Shown here in pieces: positions 1 to 9,580 of a DNA stretch of 64,000 nucleotides. The DNA is from Bacteroidales bacterium. Its GTDB lineage: Bacteria > Bacteroidota > Bacteroidia > Bacteroidales > WCHB1-69. Where the stretch lies: assembly GCA_024685175.1 (NCBI GenBank), contig JAIKWD010000016.1, positions 119,757-183,756 of the forward strand. Direction: 5' to 3'. The notes beneath the pieces were generated by a model that saw only the letters and a list, made by a program, of their open reading frames with translations, had not been told where the DNA came from and made no database searches. A program made the position numbers and the translations under genes. Every line of letters starts with the position of its first letter. The first letter of the stretch is position 1.

Positions 1-727
1 CGCAAAGAGTAGTTTGTCTAAATATAGACTGGGTTCGATTGAAAATGTCTAAACAGTTGTTCTTGACAATGTCAATAGGGGTAATGTCTTTATTAATTTG
101 AGACACAGGACAAACAGCAGCACATTTTTCGCAATGAATACAGTACAAAGACTGGCGCAAAAAAGGATCTAACATATAGTCAGTAATCCCGTTCTCATAT
201 AAAATGACATTAATTTTTACTTCCTCCTCAGTATATCCTAAAGATCCAGTAACTGACATTGGATCTTTTTCTATTTTTTTGAAGGGAAATTGAATGATTT
301 TGGTATCTGTTGCTGTTGCTTGATCATTCTTAAGGTCCATTAAGACACGAATGTCTGATTGCCTTACCACAAAATCATCAAGATTGACAACAATAATGAA
401 ATTCTTGAAACAATTAAAAAGATTACTCGATTTTTTGTCAAAAAAAACAAGTGCTCCATTCTCTACAACGCCAAAATCAGCATTTATAACAATTGTTTCT
501 GCTTCATCATAATGGTTCTCAATATTTTGCAAAGAAACAATATTGACTTGAGGCGCAGAATCCAAAGATGAAGGAATATGTTCCAAATCAACACAAACCT
601 TATTGTATTTCTTACTGGGTAAAAGATCAATTATACTTTGTACCAATTGATTTTCATCCGGTGCCCAAACAACATTAAGATTATGGGAAGTAGCGCGGCT
701 CTCGAAATTAAGTAAATGCTTATCCAT
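1..727 (-). CDS. LUD-domain / 4Fe-4S protein (LutB/YkgF-like); its 3' part runs off the window start
   Basis: The minus-strand frame is open from the ATG at 727 (MDKHLLNFESRATSHNLNVVWAPDENQ...) with no stop before position 1. About 185 aa in lies CIHCEKCAAVCP, a ferredoxin-type CxxCxxCxxxCP motif. It is absent from the ORF track because it is truncated. The family assignment is from memory of LutB architecture. Confidence 0.5.
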   Translation of the reverse strand, partial: MDKHLLNFESRATSHNLNVVWAPDENQLVQSIIDLLPSKKYNKVCVDLEHIPSSLDSAPQVNIVSLQNIENHYDEAETIVINADFGVVENGALVFFDKKSSNLFNCFKNFIIVVNLDDFVVRQSDIRVLMDLKNDQATATDTKIIQFPFKKIEKDPMSVTGSLGYTEEEVKINVILYENGITDYMLDPFLRQSLYCIHCEKCAAVCPVSQINKDITPIDIVKNNCLDIFNRTQSIFRQTTLC

Positions 728-804
728 ATCTTCGACATAATCAAGTCGAAGATAATACGCTTTTGCACGTAGCGCATTTAAATCCCGATTGCCCTTTTGC
801 TCCA

Positions 805-1236
805 TCATTTATTCAAATTGATTTTTTCAACCCTTCTTTGGTGTCGACCGCCTTCAAATTCGGTATTAAAGAATTTTTCAACTATAGAAAAGGCCACCTC
901 TACAGGAATAAAACGAGCAGGCATTACCAAAATGTTCGCATTATTGTGTTGTCTGGCAAGCGCAGCAATATCCGGACACCAACAAAGACCGGCACGAATA
1001 TTTTCATGTTTGTTTGCGGTCATGATCATTCCATTGCCTGTTCCACAAATCAAAATACCGAATCTCTGAGGATCCTTTGAAACCCAGTCTGCAAGAGGGT
1101 GGGCAAAGTCTGGATAATCGACGCTTTCAGGACTGTGCGTACCAAAATCCTCAAACTCAAATATATCTGCAAAATGCTGTTTTACAAGCTCTTTTAAATC
1201 AAATCCGGCATGGTCGGATGCTATCGCTATCTTCAT
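805..1236 (-). CDS. rpiB: ribose-5-phosphate isomerase B
   Basis: 143 aa. MKIAIASDHAGFDLK..., the ILICGTGNGM cysteine motif and GGRHQRRV are typical of RpiB/LacAB. Confidence 0.9.
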   Translation of the reverse strand: MKIAIASDHAGFDLKELVKQHFADIFEFEDFGTHSPESVDYPDFAHPLADWVSKDPQRFGILICGTGNGMIMTANKHENIRAGLCWCPDIAALARQHNNANILVMPARFIPVEVAFSIVEKFFNTEFEGGRHQRRVEKINLNK

Positions 1237-1262
1237 ATTATCTTATATTTTTTTCAGATGGG

Positions 1263-1270
1263 CAAAAATA
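1263..1270 (-). promoter_or_regulatory. Bacteroidetes sigma-A -7 box (TATTTTTG) for rpiB
   Basis: Matches TAnnTTTG on the minus strand, 26 nt upstream of the rpiB ATG. Confidence 0.5.
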
Positions 1271-1720
1271 CATTTTTTTTACCTTTTCTTTTCCTGATTA
1301 TCTATCAATTCTAATTCATTTTAGATTAAATATTGATTATTAATTCTGTTAATAGAGTGAATAATTTTTAGGGATGTATCTTGAAAAAATGATTTATGAA
1401 AAGAAATAAACATGATATAAACAAAAACAAAAAGAGTAATTGTTTTAGAATTAGTATTTTGTTTTTTTGGTTGTTTATTATTCCAAATAATCCATGTTGA
1501 TATTTAAAGAGGTCTTTACGTGCATAAACGGTGTTTAAAAATAGGTCTTTTTGGTGATAAATTTAGTTATCAAAAATTTTAAACAGACATATTAAAACGT
1601 AACTTCAATTATTTTAATAACTCGGCGTTTTTTCAACAATAAAAAGTTGAAAAATTCGTAATTATCTCTGTATATTGAAGAAGCATGTTTTCGTTTTATA
1701 TCTTGCTTTTTTAAAAATGG

Positions 1721-1728
1721 TATTTTTG
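1721..1728 (+). promoter_or_regulatory. -7 box-like TATTTTTG, only 5 nt before the ATG at 1734
   Basis: Matches TAnnTTTG. The spacing would imply a near-leaderless mRNA, or the match is chance. Confidence 0.3.
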
Positions 1729-1733
1729 CACGC

Positions 1734-2546
1734 ATGAAGAGAGTGGCCTTTATTGTTATTTTATTGTCGCTTTTCCTTGTAGGAAGGGGCCAGGAAAAGT
1801 CATACTCTTCTAAAATATTTGACGGAATTACATTCCAGCCATTGCAGGGCGTAAGTGTGTATAACATGAGCACCAAAAAATTTGCCTTTTCTGATAAGGA
1901 TGGTCGTTTCACGATTAAGATTTCCAAAAAAGACACCTTGGTTTTTTCCAAATCAATATATCGTCAGTTGGTAGTTGAAGTAAATGACAAAATTTACTAT
2001 GGAGCAGAAGATTTCTTCCTCTATTATAAAACGACGATGTTGAAGGAAGTCAGAATTTTTGCCATTAATCCTTCATACGAGGGCTTTAAGAAGGATATTG
2101 TGGAGATGAAGTTACCCGATTATTATGAAAGAGCGCAAGATGTCAGTTTATCGGACTTTGACAAGGCTAATGCTATATATAATTCTAACAATCCGGGCAA
2201 CGTTTTGGCCTTGGGCGGAAAAATGACCACGTCGCCGATCTCTTACCTTTATGACAAATATAGTCATAAGTCGAAAATGAAACAGCTCTATAACGAGATG
2301 CAGTCGTATGAAGAAGAGGTCGAACGAGTCCAGGATAAGTATAATAGAGAAATAGTAAAAGAGCTAACCGGGCTGGACGGCGAAGAATTGTTGAATTTCA
2401 TGATGTATTGCAGATTCAGTTATTACGATTTGGTTCGCTGGGATGATGAGACGATTAGAAGTAAAATCAAGAGCAAATATTACGATTATCAATATAACAA
2501 GATCATAAATGCCGGATATAAACCGCTTCATAAAAAACAATTTTAA
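1734..2546 (+). CDS. hypothetical secreted protein with an N-terminal carboxypeptidase-regulatory-like domain
   Basis: 270 aa with signal peptide MKRVAFIVILLSLFLVGRGQ. The stretch IFDGITFQPLQGVSVYN...DKDGRFTIKISKKDTLVFSK resembles the CarboxypepD_reg fold. Confidence 0.5.
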   Translation: MKRVAFIVILLSLFLVGRGQEKSYSSKIFDGITFQPLQGVSVYNMSTKKFAFSDKDGRFTIKISKKDTLVFSKSIYRQLVVEVNDKIYYGAEDFFLYYKTTMLKEVRIFAINPSYEGFKKDIVEMKLPDYYERAQDVSLSDFDKANAIYNSNNPGNVLALGGKMTTSPISYLYDKYSHKSKMKQLYNEMQSYEEEVERVQDKYNREIVKELTGLDGEELLNFMMYCRFSYYDLVRWDDETIRSKIKSKYYDYQYNKIINAGYKPLHKKQF

Positions 2547-2565
2547 CCTTTCGCACATCATTGGA

Positions 2566-2745
2566 ATGTCCATTGGTGTTGCTTTCGGTTTGGTTTATTG
2601 GTATAAAAAAGGCCAATTTTCAGACAATATTCTCAAAAATAGTCCTATTTTAATGACAATTTGGGGACTTTTGGTGGGATATATTTTAATGGACCTTGTC
2701 TTTAATGCCAGAAAGAGAAAAAACGAGGAGGAGAATAAAAAATAG
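2566..2745 (+). CDS. small two-TM membrane protein (hypothetical)
   Basis: An internal ATG (MSIGVAFGLVYWYKK...) avoids overlap with the upstream gene. Two hydrophobic segments are followed by a basic tail. Confidence 0.35.
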   Translation: MSIGVAFGLVYWYKKGQFSDNILKNSPILMTIWGLLVGYILMDLVFNARKRKNEEENKK

Positions 2746-2747
2746 TT

Positions 2748-2755
2748 TATTTTTG
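2748..2755 (+). promoter_or_regulatory. -7 box TATTTTTG for the MFS transporter gene
   Basis: Matches TAnnTTTG, 48 nt upstream of the ATG at 2804. Confidence 0.45.
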
Positions 2756-2803
2756 CACCCTCATTAGAAGAATATTATTTATTAACTAAAATATTTTCAA
2801 ATT

Positions 2804-4465
2804 ATGGTAGAACAATTACAAACTTTGAGAGACAAAGCTGCAATTAGATGGCTGGCTTTGCTTCTTTTGGCGCTGGCTATGTTTTGCGCCTACATTTTCA
2901 TGGACATTCTTTCCCCGATTAAGGATTTGATGCAATCCACCAGAGGATGGGATTCCACCGCTTTTGGTACAATGCAAGGTGCAGAAACGTTTCTTAACGT
3001 TTTCGTGTTCTTCTTGATTTTTGCGGGTATCATTCTGGACAAAATGGGTGTTCGGTTTACTGCAGTACTGTCAGGCGCAGTAATGCTTGTGGGCGCATTG
3101 ATCAAGTGGTACGCGGTAAGTGGCAGTTTCATTGGCAGCGGCCTTGAGACTTGGTTCACCGACCATCTAAACTACATTCCCGGATTTGACGAACTCGGCG
3201 TTTCGCCCTTCTATGAAGGCATGCCCGCATCCGCAAAAGTGGCCGCTATCGGCTTCATGATCTTCGGTTGCGGCGTGGAAATGGCCGGCATCACGGTTTC
3301 CCGTGGTATTGTAAAATGGTTCAAAGGCCGCGAAACCGCTTTGGCAATGGGCTCTGAGATGGCGTTGGCACGTTTGGGCGTTGCCACCTGTATGATATTC
3401 TCACCCTTCTTCGCCAAGTTGGGCGGTACGGTTGACGTTTCCCGTTCCGTTGCATTCGGCGTGGTCCTGCTTTGCATTGCCTTGATGATGTTCATCGTCT
3501 ATTTCTTCATGGACAAAAAACTCGACGCCCAAACCGGCGAAGCGGAAGAAAAGGACGATCCGTTCAAGGTTTCCGATATCGGCAAGATCCTCTCTTCCGG
3601 TGGTTTCTGGTTGGTGGCTTTGCTTTGTGTACTCTATTATTCCGCTATTTTCCCGTTCCAGAAATATGCTGTCAACATGTTGCAATGCAACCTCACGCTT
3701 ACGGAGGCCGACCCCAACACCTTCTGGGGTGGTAACGCCGTGACAATCATCCAATATCTGATCATGTTGGTGGTGGCCGCTTGTTCTTTCACGAGCAATT
3801 TCTCCAAGAACAAAACCGCCAAATACAGCTTAATGGCTATTGCCGTTGTGGCTTTGGTTGTTTATTGCGTCATGGGCTTCAAACGTGGCACAGCCGAGAC
3901 CATCTTCGCCGTGTTCCCGTTGTTGGCCGTAGCAATCACCCCGATCCTTGGCAATTACGTTGACCATAAAGGCAAAGCAGCCTCTATGTTGATGATCGGT
4001 TCCTTGTTGCTGATCATCTGCCACCTTACCTTCGCCTTCATCCTGCCCTTGTTCAAGGATAGTGCTGTTGGCGGCGTGGTAGTCGCTTATGTCACCATCC
4101 TTGTGTTAGGCGCCTCCTTCTCTTTGGTTCCCGCCGCTTTGTGGCCCAGCGTGCCGAAATTAGTGGACGAGAAGATCATCGGTTCCGCTTATGCCCTTAT
4201 CTTCTGGATCCAGAATATCGGCTTGTGGCTGTTCCCCATCCTTATCGGCAAGGTTTTGGACAAAACCAATCCCGATATCGTGGCCGCCCTCAACGAAGGC
4301 ACCATCACTGCCGAACAAGCCGCAGTGTCCTATAACTATCAATGGCCGCTCGTGATGCTGGCATGCCTTGGCGTAGCCGCTCTCATCTTGGGTATCATCC
4401 TCAAGGGAGTTGACAAGAAGAAAGGACTCGGATTGGAGCAACCCAATATCGTAGAAGAGAAATAG
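2804..4465 (+). CDS. MFS transporter (large, about 14 TM)
   Basis: 553 aa with many hydrophobic helices across the whole length and a central charged loop (KLDAQTGEAEEKDDPF), which is typical MFS architecture. Confidence 0.75.
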   Translation: MVEQLQTLRDKAAIRWLALLLLALAMFCAYIFMDILSPIKDLMQSTRGWDSTAFGTMQGAETFLNVFVFFLIFAGIILDKMGVRFTAVLSGAVMLVGALIKWYAVSGSFIGSGLETWFTDHLNYIPGFDELGVSPFYEGMPASAKVAAIGFMIFGCGVEMAGITVSRGIVKWFKGRETALAMGSEMALARLGVATCMIFSPFFAKLGGTVDVSRSVAFGVVLLCIALMMFIVYFFMDKKLDAQTGEAEEKDDPFKVSDIGKILSSGGFWLVALLCVLYYSAIFPFQKYAVNMLQCNLTLTEADPNTFWGGNAVTIIQYLIMLVVAACSFTSNFSKNKTAKYSLMAIAVVALVVYCVMGFKRGTAETIFAVFPLLAVAITPILGNYVDHKGKAASMLMIGSLLLIICHLTFAFILPLFKDSAVGGVVVAYVTILVLGASFSLVPAALWPSVPKLVDEKIIGSAYALIFWIQNIGLWLFPILIGKVLDKTNPDIVAALNEGTITAEQAAVSYNYQWPLVMLACLGVAALILGIILKGVDKKKGLGLEQPNIVEEK

Positions 4466-4489
4466 TCTCTTTTAAATAACAAATTCATA

Positions 4490-4524
4490 AGAGAGACCAC
4501 CTGAAATGGTGGCCTCTCTTTTTG
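4490..4524 (+). terminator. rho-independent terminator after the MFS gene
   Basis: 12-bp stem (agagagaccacc / ggtggcctctct, one mismatch) followed by a T-run. It overlaps the first 33 nt of the ORF-track start at 4506, which argues for the ATG at 4539. Confidence 0.6.
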
Positions 4525-4538
4525 CAAAAATATTGAAC

Positions 4539-5510
4539 ATGAGTAAAAAAGCTTCCATTATCACCATTTGTGCTCTGTCCGTGTTGTTGTTGGCTTCCGT
4601 ATCCTATGCTATTTCACAGAAACTTACAGAAGACGAAAAGCCCAATTATTATGTCAATAAAATCACGGCGCCGCACATTCCCAACCATCTCACCTTTGCC
4701 GGGGAAAAAGTACCGACAAATGTCTATTGGGTACATGAAGGTCTTGATAGGGAGCTGATAATCTATTGCTACCAACACTCTAAAACCTTGCGAATATTCA
4801 AGCTTTCATCTCGTATTTTTCCAATCATTGAACCTATTTTGAAAGAAGAAGGAGTTCCGGAGGACTTCAAGTATCTCTGTGTGGCCGAAAGTGGTTTGGA
4901 AAATGTGAGCTCGCCCGCCGGCGCTGAAGGATACTGGCAGTTTATGGCTTCTACCGCCCGCAAATACGGATTGGAAGTGGCAAATGGCATAGATGAACGG
5001 TGTAATCTTGAGAAAGCAACAAGAGCGGCGTGTCGTTATCTGAAAAATTGTAAAAAACAATTCGGCAGTTGGACACTTGCCGCTACAGCATACAACCGTG
5101 GCGAAGGAGGTGTCCAAAATGCCATAGACCATCAAGGCGAGAAAGAGTATTGGAACCTTTGGCTCAACAGCGAAACATCACGATATGTGTATCGTATCCT
5201 GGCTTTCAAACTTATGTTTGAGAATCCACAACTCTATGGTGTGGAAATATGTCCCGCCGAGATGTATCACCCCATTCCGTATAAGGAAGTTAAGGTGACG
5301 CAAAACACAGATCTTGTAGAATTCGCACACAAATATGATGCAACTTATAAAGAGATTCGCGACCTCAATCCATGGATAAAGGACAGTAAAATTGTCGTCT
5401 CTTCAGGTAAGTCCTATATCCTTAAAGTTCCCGAAAACCCGAAAAGTTCATTCAAGTCGCTATATTCTGATATTGAGAATCCATTTTTAAAGATATCGGA
5501 TAATCAATAG
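4539..5510 (+). CDS. lytic transglycosylase domain protein (SLT/MltD-like)
   Basis: Contains the SLT catalytic block CVAESGLEN...SPAGAEGYWQFMASTARKYGL and AYNRGEGGV, with an N-terminal membrane anchor. The start was moved to the ATG downstream of the terminator. Confidence 0.8.
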   Translation: MSKKASIITICALSVLLLASVSYAISQKLTEDEKPNYYVNKITAPHIPNHLTFAGEKVPTNVYWVHEGLDRELIIYCYQHSKTLRIFKLSSRIFPIIEPILKEEGVPEDFKYLCVAESGLENVSSPAGAEGYWQFMASTARKYGLEVANGIDERCNLEKATRAACRYLKNCKKQFGSWTLAATAYNRGEGGVQNAIDHQGEKEYWNLWLNSETSRYVYRILAFKLMFENPQLYGVEICPAEMYHPIPYKEVKVTQNTDLVEFAHKYDATYKEIRDLNPWIKDSKIVVSSGKSYILKVPENPKSSFKSLYSDIENPFLKISDNQ

Positions 5511-5528
5511 CCAATATTAGCTTTTTTC

Positions 5529-5536
5529 TATCTTTG
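5529..5536 (+). promoter_or_regulatory. -7 box TATCTTTG for the polyprenyl synthase-mrdA-rodA unit
   Basis: Matches TAnnTTTG, 20 nt upstream of the ATG at 5557. Confidence 0.55.
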
Positions 5537-5556
5537 CAACACTAAAATTCCCTTTT

Positions 5557-6516
5557 ATGTTATCTTTGGAGCAAGAGTTTCATCATATCATTGACGGCCA
5601 GAAGCCGGATAATTTATACAATCCCATTCTATACATACTAGAGCAGCCGGGGAAACGCATTCGTCCTCAATTGGTAAATATGTCCGTGAATATGTTTGAA
5701 GGCAGTACTGAACAGGCGAAGAAAGTTGCAATGGCATTCGAAATGCTACATAATTTCACGCTTATTCACGATGATATTATGGACGAGGCGCCAATCCGTC
5801 GCGGAAAAGATACGGTTTACAAAAAATGGAATAGCAACATAGCTATTTTGTCGGGCGATGCCTTGGCTATAATGGCACTACAACAGCTGCTCGACCTTAA
5901 ATGTGATGAAAAGGTGATATTGGCTATATCCAACGTGTTTGCTCAAACATCCCTCGAAATCTGCGAAGGCCAACAATATGACCTTGACTTTGAGACCCAA
6001 GAAAAAGTGTCCATTGACGAATATATTAACATGATTCGCAAAAAAACAGCCGTGATGTTTGCCGGCTGCCTTAAGGCAGGAGCGATTTTGGCACAAGCCA
6101 GTCAACAAGACCAACAGACATTGTATGATTTTGGAATACACTTGGGTATTGCCTTCCAGCTTGCAGACGACGTGCTCGACGTTTACGCTTCAGCGCCCGT
6201 GTTTGGCAAGGCAATAGGCGGTGATATTCGCGATAATAAAAAAACATACCTTTACCTAAAAGCCTTAGAAGATGCAAATCCAGCACAAAAAGAAACATTA
6301 GAATCCCTTTTTTCCACACAGACCAGCGATTTCGAGAAAAAATACAACATTGTACGCGGTATTTACGATGAGTTAAATATCAAAACGAAAACAGAGGAGC
6401 TAGAACAACACTATTTGAATCTTTGTATGTCAGATTTGGAAAAAATCAACGTTTCTGAAGATAAAAAAGAGCCTTTTAATGCAATTGTCCAAAAAATGAT
6501 CAATCGAGAGAAATAG
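5557..6516 (+). CDS. polyprenyl diphosphate synthase (trans-isoprenyl diphosphate synthase family)
   Basis: 319 aa with both Asp-rich motifs, LIHDDIMDE and QLADDVLD. Confidence 0.85.
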   Translation: MLSLEQEFHHIIDGQKPDNLYNPILYILEQPGKRIRPQLVNMSVNMFEGSTEQAKKVAMAFEMLHNFTLIHDDIMDEAPIRRGKDTVYKKWNSNIAILSGDALAIMALQQLLDLKCDEKVILAISNVFAQTSLEICEGQQYDLDFETQEKVSIDEYINMIRKKTAVMFAGCLKAGAILAQASQQDQQTLYDFGIHLGIAFQLADDVLDVYASAPVFGKAIGGDIRDNKKTYLYLKALEDANPAQKETLESLFSTQTSDFEKKYNIVRGIYDELNIKTKTEELEQHYLNLCMSDLEKINVSEDKKEPFNAIVQKMINREK

Positions 6517-6519
6517 ATC

Positions 6520-8322
6520 GTGACAGAAAAGAGAAGATATTGGATTGTGGTGGTCGTGGTGGCCATCTTAGCGTTGATTTATTTGATACGCCTTTTCAAC
6601 TTGCAGGTATTAAACAAGACATACAAGCAAAAGGCAAATCAGAATGCGCTCCGATATATCACCGAACACCCGGCACGCGGATTGATTTACGACCGCAATG
6701 ACTCTCTTTTGGTCTATAATGATGCCGCCTACGACATCATGGTTGTGCCAAACGAATTGCGCCCCTTCGACACGGCGGAATTGTGCCGCGTTTTGGATAT
6801 CACGAAAGAAGATGTTAGAAAAAAAATAGAAAAAGCAAAGAAATATTCTTTCATTCTCCCATCGCTTTTTGAACAACAGATTTCCAAAGAAGACTATGGA
6901 TTTTTACAGGAGAAAATGTACGAATTCCCGGGGTTTTTCGTCCAAAACAGAACGTTGCGCTCCTACCCAAAACCCATAGCCGCTCATATTTTGGGATATG
7001 TTAGTGAGGTCAACGACCAAGATATAGAAAACGACAACTACTATAAGATGGGAGACTACATAGGGAAGAGTGGTATTGAAAAAGCTTACGAGAGTGTTTT
7101 GCGAGGCGAGAAAGGAAAGCGTGTAGTGCTTGTGGACGTCCACAATCGCGAAGTCGGTCGATATGAAAACGGCGCCGAAGATGTAGTAGCAGTACCAGGT
7201 GTGTCTATTTGGAGTACGCTTGACATCCAATTGCAAGAATATGGTGAACAACTCATGGCCAACAAAAGAGGGAGTATTGTGGCCATTGAACCCAAAACGG
7301 GAGAAATCCTGTGTATTATCTCATCTCCTTCTTATGATCCCAACCTATTGGTTGGCACCGCACGGCCGAAAAATTATGGTATTTTACTTGAAGACCCCCG
7401 AAAACCCCTCTTCAATCGTGCATTGATGGCCAGCTATCCACCAGGATCCACGTTTAAATTGGCAAATGGACTCATAGCATTACAAGAAGGCATCGTGACC
7501 CCCAATACAATCTATTCGTGCTCCGGAGGCGGATATCACATTGGAAGCCATACGGTTCATTGCCATAATTGTGGCGGCCTTAACATCTATTCCGCCATAC
7601 AACGATCCTGTAATACCTATTTTTGCCGTGCCTATTACAACATCTTGTCCAACAGACGCAAATACAAAAACGTCCAAGAGGCCTACACCGCATGGTTGGA
7701 CTATATGCATTCGATGGGTTTTGCTCAAAAATACGACACCGATCTTCCTTATGAACTCAAGGGAAGTATTCCCACAGCCGCGTATTTCGATAAAAAATAC
7801 AATGGAAGTTGGAACGGAAATACGGTTGTTTCCATGGGCATTGGACAAGGCGAGGCGGCAGTGACACCCATGCAGATGGCGAATCTGTTAGCTGTTATAG
7901 CCAACCAAGGATACTATATCCGTCCGCATATTGTAAGAGCTATCGGCAAAAAAGATAATTATAACACCCAATTTTCCGAAAAGATATATTCAAAGATTGA
8001 TCCTCAACACTTTCGAACCGTTCTGCAAGGTATGAAAATGGTTGTCACCGCAGGTACGGGTAGGGGAGCGCAAATAGATGGAATAGAAGTGGCTGGCAAA
8101 ACGGGCACGGCCCAAAACCCACACGGAGCGGATCATTCCGTATTTGCTCTCATTGCACCGGCCAACGACCCCAAAATAGTGGTCTTTTGCCTTGTGGAGA
8201 ACGGCGGTTTTGGGGCGTCCGTGGCTTGCCCAATAGCGAGTCTGGTGGCAGAAAAATACCTTAATGGCGAAGTGAAGAGAAAAGATCTTGAACAAAGTAT
8301 GAAGAACTTGTCCATCCGATAA
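6520..8322 (+). CDS. mrdA: penicillin-binding protein 2 (elongasome transpeptidase)
   Basis: 600 aa with an N-terminal TM helix. It carries STFK, a Ser-x-Asn-type block and the KTGTA motif. The GTG start lies 3 nt after the upstream stop codon. Confidence 0.9.
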   Translation: MTEKRRYWIVVVVVAILALIYLIRLFNLQVLNKTYKQKANQNALRYITEHPARGLIYDRNDSLLVYNDAAYDIMVVPNELRPFDTAELCRVLDITKEDVRKKIEKAKKYSFILPSLFEQQISKEDYGFLQEKMYEFPGFFVQNRTLRSYPKPIAAHILGYVSEVNDQDIENDNYYKMGDYIGKSGIEKAYESVLRGEKGKRVVLVDVHNREVGRYENGAEDVVAVPGVSIWSTLDIQLQEYGEQLMANKRGSIVAIEPKTGEILCIISSPSYDPNLLVGTARPKNYGILLEDPRKPLFNRALMASYPPGSTFKLANGLIALQEGIVTPNTIYSCSGGGYHIGSHTVHCHNCGGLNIYSAIQRSCNTYFCRAYYNILSNRRKYKNVQEAYTAWLDYMHSMGFAQKYDTDLPYELKGSIPTAAYFDKKYNGSWNGNTVVSMGIGQGEAAVTPMQMANLLAVIANQGYYIRPHIVRAIGKKDNYNTQFSEKIYSKIDPQHFRTVLQGMKMVVTAGTGRGAQIDGIEVAGKTGTAQNPHGADHSVFALIAPANDPKIVVFCLVENGGFGASVACPIASLVAEKYLNGEVKRKDLEQSMKNLSIR

Positions 8323-8323
8323 T

Positions 8324-9574
8324 ATGAACGACCTGAACAAAAGAACATCAAGAGGATTCGATGCAAGGCTGATCATCACCTACATCGCGTTGATCATTAT
8401 CGGCTGGATGACCATATACTCTACTTGTTATGTACCCGATGGCACAAATGCCATTTTCGACATCTCGCAACCCTATTGCAAGCAATTGATTTGGATAGGG
8501 TCGTCTTTACTTATAGGTATAGTTATTTTACTTATAGACAAACAGTTAATACAACATTACGCCTATTATTTCTATATAGTATGCTTGTTGTTGATGGTGT
8601 TGGTGCTTATCATAGGAACAGAAATTTCAGGCGCCAAGGCTTGGATTAAGATAGGTAGTTTTAGCATACAACCGACAGAGTTCATGAAAGTGGCAACTGC
8701 ACTGGCCTTGGCAAAATTCTTTAACGAAGGAAAGACGAGTAATGAAAAACGATATGTGTGGCTCATTGCCGGAGGTTTGGTGTTGTTGCCGATCATCATC
8801 ATTATGTTGCAGCATGATGCCGGATCGGCTTTGGTGTTCGCCTCTTTCATTATTTTGTTCTATCGGGAAGGATTAAGTGGAGTATTGCTCATTTTGGTAT
8901 TTATTGCAGCATTTTTGGCCATTTTTACCTTGAAGTTCAAGGAACTATATGCAATAGCGTTACTCACCGCCGTCTTCATAGGTTTCATGATCAAGGACAG
9001 AACCCAGAAAAAACTGATGCGGCGAGACGTTATTGTGTTTGTTATCAGTATCGTATTTGTCTTTTCTGTTAATTTGCTGTACGAACATGTCTTGGAACCG
9101 CACCAAAAAAGACGTGTTGAGACTATCCTTGGAAAAACAGCCGACCCCCAAGGGGCTGACTTCAACCTCAATCAATCCAAAATTGCCATCGGTTCGGGTG
9201 GATTTTTTGGAAAGGGATATCTTAAAGGAACTCAAACAAAGCTCAAGTTTGTGCCCGAGCAAAGCACCGATTTCATTTTCTGTGCCATTGGAGAAGAGTG
9301 GGGTTTTGTAGGCACCATGGCAGTGTTTGGCTTGTATTTGTTTCTCATAATGAGGATTTTATCTCTTTCGGAAAAACACCGAATACCTTTTGTCCGATAT
9401 TATGGTTATGGAATTGCAGGCATTATTGCCGTACATTTCTTTGTTAATATTGGTATGACCATCGGTTTGGTGCCAATTATCGGTATTCCGTTACCGTTTC
9501 TTAGTTATGGGGGATCGTCACTTTGGGCGTTCACGACCATGTTGTTTATTTTTATCAAGTTGAATGAGAATTAG
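8324..9574 (+). CDS. rodA: rod shape-determining protein RodA (SEDS family)
   Basis: 416 aa polytopic protein. EFMKVATALALAKF and LPFLSYGGSS are FtsW/RodA signatures, and the gene abuts mrdA. Confidence 0.9.
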   Translation: MNDLNKRTSRGFDARLIITYIALIIIGWMTIYSTCYVPDGTNAIFDISQPYCKQLIWIGSSLLIGIVILLIDKQLIQHYAYYFYIVCLLLMVLVLIIGTEISGAKAWIKIGSFSIQPTEFMKVATALALAKFFNEGKTSNEKRYVWLIAGGLVLLPIIIIMLQHDAGSALVFASFIILFYREGLSGVLLILVFIAAFLAIFTLKFKELYAIALLTAVFIGFMIKDRTQKKLMRRDVIVFVISIVFVFSVNLLYEHVLEPHQKRRVETILGKTADPQGADFNLNQSKIAIGSGGFFGKGYLKGTQTKLKFVPEQSTDFIFCAIGEEWGFVGTMAVFGLYLFLIMRILSLSEKHRIPFVRYYGYGIAGIIAVHFFVNIGMTIGLVPIIGIPLPFLSYGGSSLWAFTTMLFIFIKLNEN

Positions 9575-9580
9575 ACCATT

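Noticed and set aside
359-571. 70-aa plus-strand ORF near the window start
   Set aside because: It is antisense to the open LUD/Fe-S reading frame. The sequence is AT-rich and low-complexity (runs of N, I, K).
1396-1503. 35-codon ORF (MKRNKHDINKNKKSNCFRISILFFWLFIIPNNPC) in the 500-bp AT-rich rpiB spacer
   Set aside because: There is no promoter box, no ribosome-binding context and no conservation evidence. Short ORFs arise easily in AT-rich spacers.
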